From IMG/VR virus record IMGVR_UViG_3300003887_000023, positions 1 to 58,943 of that record: DNA of 58,943 bases, one strand, 5' to 3'. Position 1 is the stretch's first letter, and each line of letters opens with the position of its first letter. This document shows, one piece after another, positions 54,390 to 58,943 of this stretch. Both the position numbers and the translations under genes were made by a program. A model generated the notes under the pieces. It made no database searches. It was not told the origin of the DNA and saw only the letters and a program-made list of their open reading frames with translations. This stretch comes from a virus. Taxonomy: Duplodnaviria; Caudoviricetes.

Positions 54390-55460
54390 TCAGTCGGCGT
54401 GGTGCGCGAGCGCCAGCCGACCCTTCATGCGCGTCTGCCGGCGCTCGTCACGCTCATCCGCCGGGGCCTGCGGCTCTTCGGCGGACTCGCTCGCGGCGAC
54501 ACCGCCGGAGTCCGCTTCCACGCGACGCAGCGAATTGCCTTCCATGACGACGATCCCGACGCGACGGAAGGCACCGGCGATCGTGTCGATGCGGTCGATC
54601 ATTCCGGAACGCTTGGCATCGTCGGCGGTCTTGGTACGGCCCTCACCGAAAGCGCTCCGGACCTTGTCGGCGTCGATCTCACGACCGCGTGCGACTGCGT
54701 CGAGAAAATCCTGATAGCAGGCGTCGCATTCGATCTGCCACTGCGCTTTGGTTTCCTCGGACAGCGGCTCGAACGAGTTTCCTTCGACCTTGTAGGGCGC
54801 CGAGAAGATGAAGGTCGGCTTGATGCCGGCCTCGGCGAGGAATTGTGAATAGTCGAGATGCAGCATGAACACGCCGACCGAACCGACTTCGCATGACGGA
54901 ACGCCAATCACTTCTCCGGCCTGCGACGCAATCCAGTACCCAGCGCTTGCCGACAGCGGATTGACCAGGACGACCGTCGTCTTGCCGGCCTTACGAGCCG
55001 CGAACAGCGCGTCCGCCGCCTCTTTCACTCCGGTCACCACGCCGCCCGGAGAATCCATGTCGACGACGATGGCGCCGATATTGTCGTCAGCCGCCAACGC
55101 TTCGACCGTCTGGGCGAACATCAGCGCCGACACCGCGTAGGGCTGATACTCATAATCGTAGAGCACCACGCCGCGGAACGAGATGATGGCGGTCGCCTTC
55201 CGATTGCTGCCGCCGGGCACAATGATCGGCCTTGCGAGACGCTGCGCACGCTCGCGCGGGCCTTCTCCTTGCGCCGCTGCGTTCGAATCGGCTTGATTCG
55301 GCGACACGCCGCAGATTTGTGCCAGCCGGCAATCGCTGACCTCGGCGCCGCGCACCAGATCGAGCATCGTCATCGCGAAAGCTTCGCGACGACGCGCATC
55401 AAGCGCGAAGATCGCCCTGGTATGATCGACGAGCTTTTGGCGCAGCGCAGAGAGCGACAT
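54390..55460 (-). CDS. S49-family prohead protease
   Basis: DMDSPGG, ASAGYWIASQA, GSVGV, YK. Confidence 0.92.
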   Translation of the reverse strand: MSLSALRQKLVDHTRAIFALDARRREAFAMTMLDLVRGAEVSDCRLAQICGVSPNQADSNAAAQGEGPRERAQRLARPIIVPGGSNRKATAIISFRGVVLYDYEYQPYAVSALMFAQTVEALAADDNIGAIVVDMDSPGGVVTGVKEAADALFAARKAGKTTVVLVNPLSASAGYWIASQAGEVIGVPSCEVGSVGVFMLHLDYSQFLAEAGIKPTFIFSAPYKVEGNSFEPLSEETKAQWQIECDACYQDFLDAVARGREIDADKVRSAFGEGRTKTADDAKRSGMIDRIDTIAGAFRRVGIVVMEGNSLRRVEADSGGVAASESAEEPQAPADERDERRQTRMKGRLALAHHAD

Positions 55461-55503
55461 GGTGGCGGCTTTCTGATGAGGTTGCGACGAGATCGAATGC
55501 AGG

Positions 55504-56778
55504 TCAGGCGGCGTTCGGCGTTTGATCGGCGCGACGTTGACCGGCCATGGCGAGCGGCTGCATTGTCGAATTGATGTAGAGCTGATCGGCACCATCGACC
55601 GGCGGAAGGTTCTTCCAACGCCGGACTTCCGATGGCTTGTAGTAGGCGTTCTGGATGCCGCTCGCGAAGGCTTCCGATTGCGCCTTGGAATCCATCGCCA
55701 ACAGCGCGTCGCGGTTGAATTCCGCATAGAAGGTGCTTCGGGAGAACAGTTTCCGCTTCAGTTCGCCCTCGATCGCCTTAAGCCACGGATCAATCGAGAA
55801 GCGCAGAAAGCTCAAGGACTGCTGTTCAATTCCGGTGCCCCACGACGTCGACTTATCTGTCTCCATCACCAGATGCGGAGGGACGCCGAACAGCCGGCAG
55901 ATATCCGTGACCTGGAACCGGCGACTATCGAGCGTCTGCGCATCTTCCGGCGATATCTGCAGCGCCGTCCATTTGGTGTCTTTGTCGACGAAGATCGGGC
56001 GCCCCATATTGGCAACGCCGGCATATCCTTGCCGGAATTCCGCTTTCATGGCCTTGAAGGCGTCCGGAGAAATATTCCCACTGACCTCAACCATCCCGGT
56101 CGGTCGCACGCCGTTCGCATGCAGCCGTGCCGTGGCTTCCTGCATCGCAAGGTCGAGGCCGATGCTTTGCTTGCCGGCAAAGGCAATCGGAGAGAGGCCC
56201 TTGAGCCCATCGAACCCCAGACCCGGAACGTGGATGATATCGGCCTGGTCAACCGTCATCAGGCCCTTGTCAGTCCGCACGTCGTACTTGTTGCGGTCGC
56301 CCTCACGCCTTGGCGTGACGGACGTCCGCACCAGCGGAAAGAACCCCACCACGCGGGCGGCGTTGTCGTATTCGATCAGCGAATAGTGATTTCCGCCCAA
56401 CAGCAGATCGACACTGATCAACTGCACCCAGGTAAACGCCGACATGAGATCATTCGGCTCGTCGTGCAAGAGATAGTGGTAGCGATGATCGCCGGCATCA
56501 CGCCGGCCCTGCGACGTCGTCTCATAGACCCCGATTGGCACCGTCGCATTGAGGCCCGATACCAGTGATACGCAACGAAACACGGTTGTCGACCGCATCG
56601 CCGATTGTTCGGAGACCAGCGGGCCAGCAAAGCTCGCGCCGCCGCCCATTGCGTCAACGATCCATCCGTCCGGATTGCTCAGATTGGTGGACGGATTTTC
56701 CGGCGATGCCGCATTGAACGTCGGCTCGCGTCGCTCGGCTGCGCCGCCGTCCCTATTGCGGAAGAATGGCCACTTCAT
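55504..56778 (-). CDS. Portal protein (HK97 family)
   Basis: VFRCV, LL..EPN, GN.Y, IIHV, GLSPI, ICRLFGVPP, EVR. Confidence 0.97.
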   Translation of the reverse strand: MKWPFFRNRDGGAAERREPTFNAASPENPSTNLSNPDGWIVDAMGGGASFAGPLVSEQSAMRSTTVFRCVSLVSGLNATVPIGVYETTSQGRRDAGDHRYHYLLHDEPNDLMSAFTWVQLISVDLLLGGNHYSLIEYDNAARVVGFFPLVRTSVTPRREGDRNKYDVRTDKGLMTVDQADIIHVPGLGFDGLKGLSPIAFAGKQSIGLDLAMQEATARLHANGVRPTGMVEVSGNISPDAFKAMKAEFRQGYAGVANMGRPIFVDKDTKWTALQISPEDAQTLDSRRFQVTDICRLFGVPPHLVMETDKSTSWGTGIEQQSLSFLRFSIDPWLKAIEGELKRKLFSRSTFYAEFNRDALLAMDSKAQSEAFASGIQNAYYKPSEVRRWKNLPPVDGADQLYINSTMQPLAMAGQRRADQTPNAA

Positions 56779-58504
56779 TTCCGGCTGCCTGCTCGTCTGT
56801 TTGCCACAGTTCGGGACGCTCGAAGATCGAACCCATTCGAGCAGCCGGATTCCAACTCATGAGGATTGCCGCTTCCGCGGTCGCGATCAGAGGGTCAATC
56901 TTTGCCCGGCCTGCCTGCTGCTTCGTGATCAGAATTCCGTTGCCGCGAGGTTCAACCTTTGCGTTGCCGACGACCCAATTCATCAACGCGAGGCCCGCAT
57001 GCGACAGCGTGCCGTCGGCGAGCTTCATTTCCATTCCCCACCAGGCGGGGGAAAGCGCGGGCCCTTGAATGAGCCGCCGCAGCATCGTGTCCGGCATGCC
57101 GCGCGACATCAGTTGCTCGATCATCGCCGCGACGTTGTTGGGGTCGAGGCCGACGCCGTCCTTTTCGGGAAGCTTGCCGGACGCCAGTACGCGGGCAAAC
57201 AGATCGCCGAACTTGGCCATCAACTCGGCAGCGCTTTTGCAGATCGTGAGCGAGCGTTCCTCGGCAAAGTCCAGAAGCCGCGGCGCGATGTCCTTGCGGA
57301 CCTCGAGAACCTTTTCGTGCGCGAACGCGTGGTTCCAGATCAGCCAACGGCGCGTGATCTTTTCGCGGCCAATCACCGCAGCGCCCAAGAGATCGTCGAG
57401 GCCGCCGCCGTCGCCGCCGAATGTCACGACCTCGGAACGAGCGAGTACAACATCAAGGTTTGCAAGGCTTGCGTCGCCGCCCGCTTCCCAATAGTCGGCG
57501 CCGCGCCAACCGTCGTCACCGATGCCGACGCCGATTTCGATGTTGAGATGCTGTGACGCCCAAATCTGTTCGGTTTCGTCCGTCGCGCGACCGTTATTCA
57601 GGTAGTCGTCGACCAATCGCTGCGGATCAATCGACCGGCCGAGGTTCGGCAACAGCAGCGGCCACTTGCTTTGATCGCGCCAATAGGATTGGTCGCGCTG
57701 CAGGTTCTGCGGAAACTCATACAGCACCGGCAGCATAATCGGAGCGCTGCCGCCTTTGCCATCGCGGATATCCCGCGCCTTTTTCAGTTCCGTTTTCCAG
57801 ATCCCCGCAGGCTGCTCATCCGACTGCGTCGTGATCATGAGCACCTGGCCGCCTTGCATCGTGATGCCGCCACCGCGAATTTGCTGCATGACGGCCGCGG
57901 CTTTCGCTCGCTTTCCGAGCTCGTGCAGCTCGTCGATGATTGTCAGGATCGGGATTTCGCCAACGACGATCTGCGTATCGAACGACTTGACGTCGAGCTG
58001 TGTCCCGGTCTTGCGGCGAGTGATGCACTTCAGGTGGTCCTGCACCTTGAAGATTTTGTTGAGGCGTTCGTCGAGCCTGATCATTCCTTGAGCGAAGCCG
58101 AAGCACCGCTCTGAGATGTTTTGGCTTGGCGCCACAATCAGCATCTGCCGGTTTGGCGCTTCCTCCATGTAAAGCGCCGTCAAACCGAGCGCCGCGACGT
58201 AACAGGTCTTCGAGTTCTTTTTCGGGACCATGCACAGCAGCTCCCACACGAGCCGTCGCTTGGTCTCAGGGTCTTCGCTTGCCAGGAAAGCGCAGAGGAG
58301 GTCTCTGAACCATTCGCCGCAGGCCTCCGACAGAGGCGGGTTGCCGGCGACGTCGGGAAGCTTCAGCCGATTGAAGAACGCCAGCGCCTTTGCGGCTCGC
58401 TTCGCATTGAGCGGGACGCTCGCCATTGGCGTCTCGCCGGCTTGGATTTTCTCCCACCAATCCAGACAGGCGAAGCGCGGGGGCGCCTCAGTTGAGGACC
58501 GCAT
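56753..58504 (-). CDS. terL: Terminase large subunit
   Basis: VPKKNSKT, IIDELH, ITTQS, GGDGGGLDD, KIDP. Confidence 0.95.
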   Translation of the reverse strand: MRSSTEAPPRFACLDWWEKIQAGETPMASVPLNAKRAAKALAFFNRLKLPDVAGNPPLSEACGEWFRDLLCAFLASEDPETKRRLVWELLCMVPKKNSKTCYVAALGLTALYMEEAPNRQMLIVAPSQNISERCFGFAQGMIRLDERLNKIFKVQDHLKCITRRKTGTQLDVKSFDTQIVVGEIPILTIIDELHELGKRAKAAAVMQQIRGGGITMQGGQVLMITTQSDEQPAGIWKTELKKARDIRDGKGGSAPIMLPVLYEFPQNLQRDQSYWRDQSKWPLLLPNLGRSIDPQRLVDDYLNNGRATDETEQIWASQHLNIEIGVGIGDDGWRGADYWEAGGDASLANLDVVLARSEVVTFGGDGGGLDDLLGAAVIGREKITRRWLIWNHAFAHEKVLEVRKDIAPRLLDFAEERSLTICKSAAELMAKFGDLFARVLASGKLPEKDGVGLDPNNVAAMIEQLMSRGMPDTMLRRLIQGPALSPAWWGMEMKLADGTLSHAGLALMNWVVGNAKVEPRGNGILITKQQAGRAKIDPLIATAEAAILMSWNPAARMGSIFERPELWQTDEQAAGNEVAILPQ

Positions 58505-58943
58505 TCTGCGCCGCCGCTTCCCGCTCGAGATCGGCAGTCAGGTCAGCGTCAGCTTCCATCGCGCTTTGCTCGTCGAGACCTTTCTTGCCTAGCCGAGGCG
58601 CCGGCGCGGGCGCTTCCGTCGTTGAGCCCATCGACGCCTCGGCGCCCATCCGATCATTGCGATCGACCAGGGCAAGCCACAGCCGCATGGCGCCGACGTT
58701 GCCTTCCTGGACTTGAGCCCACAGCTTCATCGCGTAGGCGGCATCGAGCCGATCGCGGGCGATGTCACGCTGGGACTTCGCCAAAGAAAAATAATGCTTC
58801 CGAAAAGTGGGAAGCGTGATCCCGAGCGAGTTGGCGATGCGCTCATTGTTCCAGCCGAACGCCAGCAACATCATGACTCGGTTGATGTTTTCCGTGGTCC
58901 GTATGTGCTGGGGTCGGCCGCGCCGCCCCCAGTTCGCGGGGAT
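58488..58943 (-). CDS. terS: Terminase small subunit (5' end beyond window)
   Basis: GRPQH...V.MLLAFGW.NERIA..LGITLPTFRKHYF...GNVGA; frame open to the window edge. Confidence 0.85.
   Translation of the reverse strand: MPANWGRRGRPQHIRTTENINRVMMLLAFGWNNERIANSLGITLPTFRKHYFSLAKSQRDIARDRLDAAYAMKLWAQVQEGNVGAMRLWLALVDRNDRMGAEASMGSTTEAPAPAPRLGKKGLDEQSAMEADADLTADLEREAAAQNAVLN

Larger units (their letters stand above)
1..58943. mobile_element. Near-complete temperate HK97-like siphophage genome, excised/attP form
   Basis: Head, tail, lysis, immunity, replication and integration modules are all present. Phage genes flank both sides of a tRNA-fragment att core and no host genes were seen. Confidence 0.95.

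Noticed and set aside
1-58943. CRISPR array, diversity-generating retroelement, invertible tail cassette, IS elements
   Set aside because: No regularly spaced repeats, reverse transcriptase, serine invertase or transposase motifs were seen by eye.
58941-58943. Terminal redundancy or exact circularity (GAT at both ends)
   Set aside because: Only 3 nt match, and the HNH and terS frames are both incomplete, so sequence is missing between the ends.

Overview
The whole window is a GC-rich temperate siphovirus genome of the HK97/lambda type, probably infecting an alphaproteobacterium (Hyphomicrobiales-like; inferred from the GapR, RHH_4, DUF2793 and DUF3168 genes and a parS-type palindrome). It appears to be in the excised (attP) configuration and nearly complete: the left edge cuts the terminase-associated HNH gene, the right edge cuts terS, and the missing gap probably holds the cos region. 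Layout: (i) 1-17.5 kb, minus strand: cro-led early/middle operon with a ParB/DGQHR-like protein, DUF5131, a GapR fusion, AAA+ ATPase, MT-A70, MazG, DUF1937, an N6/N4 methyltransferase, a replication initiator with internal iterons, and a NusG-paralog antiterminator followed by three terminators. (ii) 17.5-18.8 kb: cI/cro switch with ACAG-N5-CTGT operators and a lipoprotein gene. (iii) 18.8-29.2 kb, plus strand: PL operon (Nmad5, ParB-like, C5-methyltransferase, HNH, DUF1643, xis, tyrosine integrase) ending at attP, the 3' half of tRNA-Val(CAC). (iv) 30.3-58.9 kb, minus strand: late genes (terminase, portal, S49 protease, capsid, tail, tailspike, lysis, an SGNH/glycine-rich accessory module, a lytic transglycosylase, another methyltransferase). 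Most notable: a perfect parS-type palindrome over the PL start site; a NusG-paralog late switch with a triple terminator plus repeated motif; a 291-codon minus-strand ORF coupled at both ends and antisense to three genes; a helical/HTH domain shared by MT-A70 and a stand-alone protein next to a ParB-like gene; GapR-RMF-like and YodC-wHTH fusions; a roughly 400-nt structured non-coding region; and tail proteins with signal-peptide-like N-termini. All family calls come from motif recognition by eye, not from database searches.
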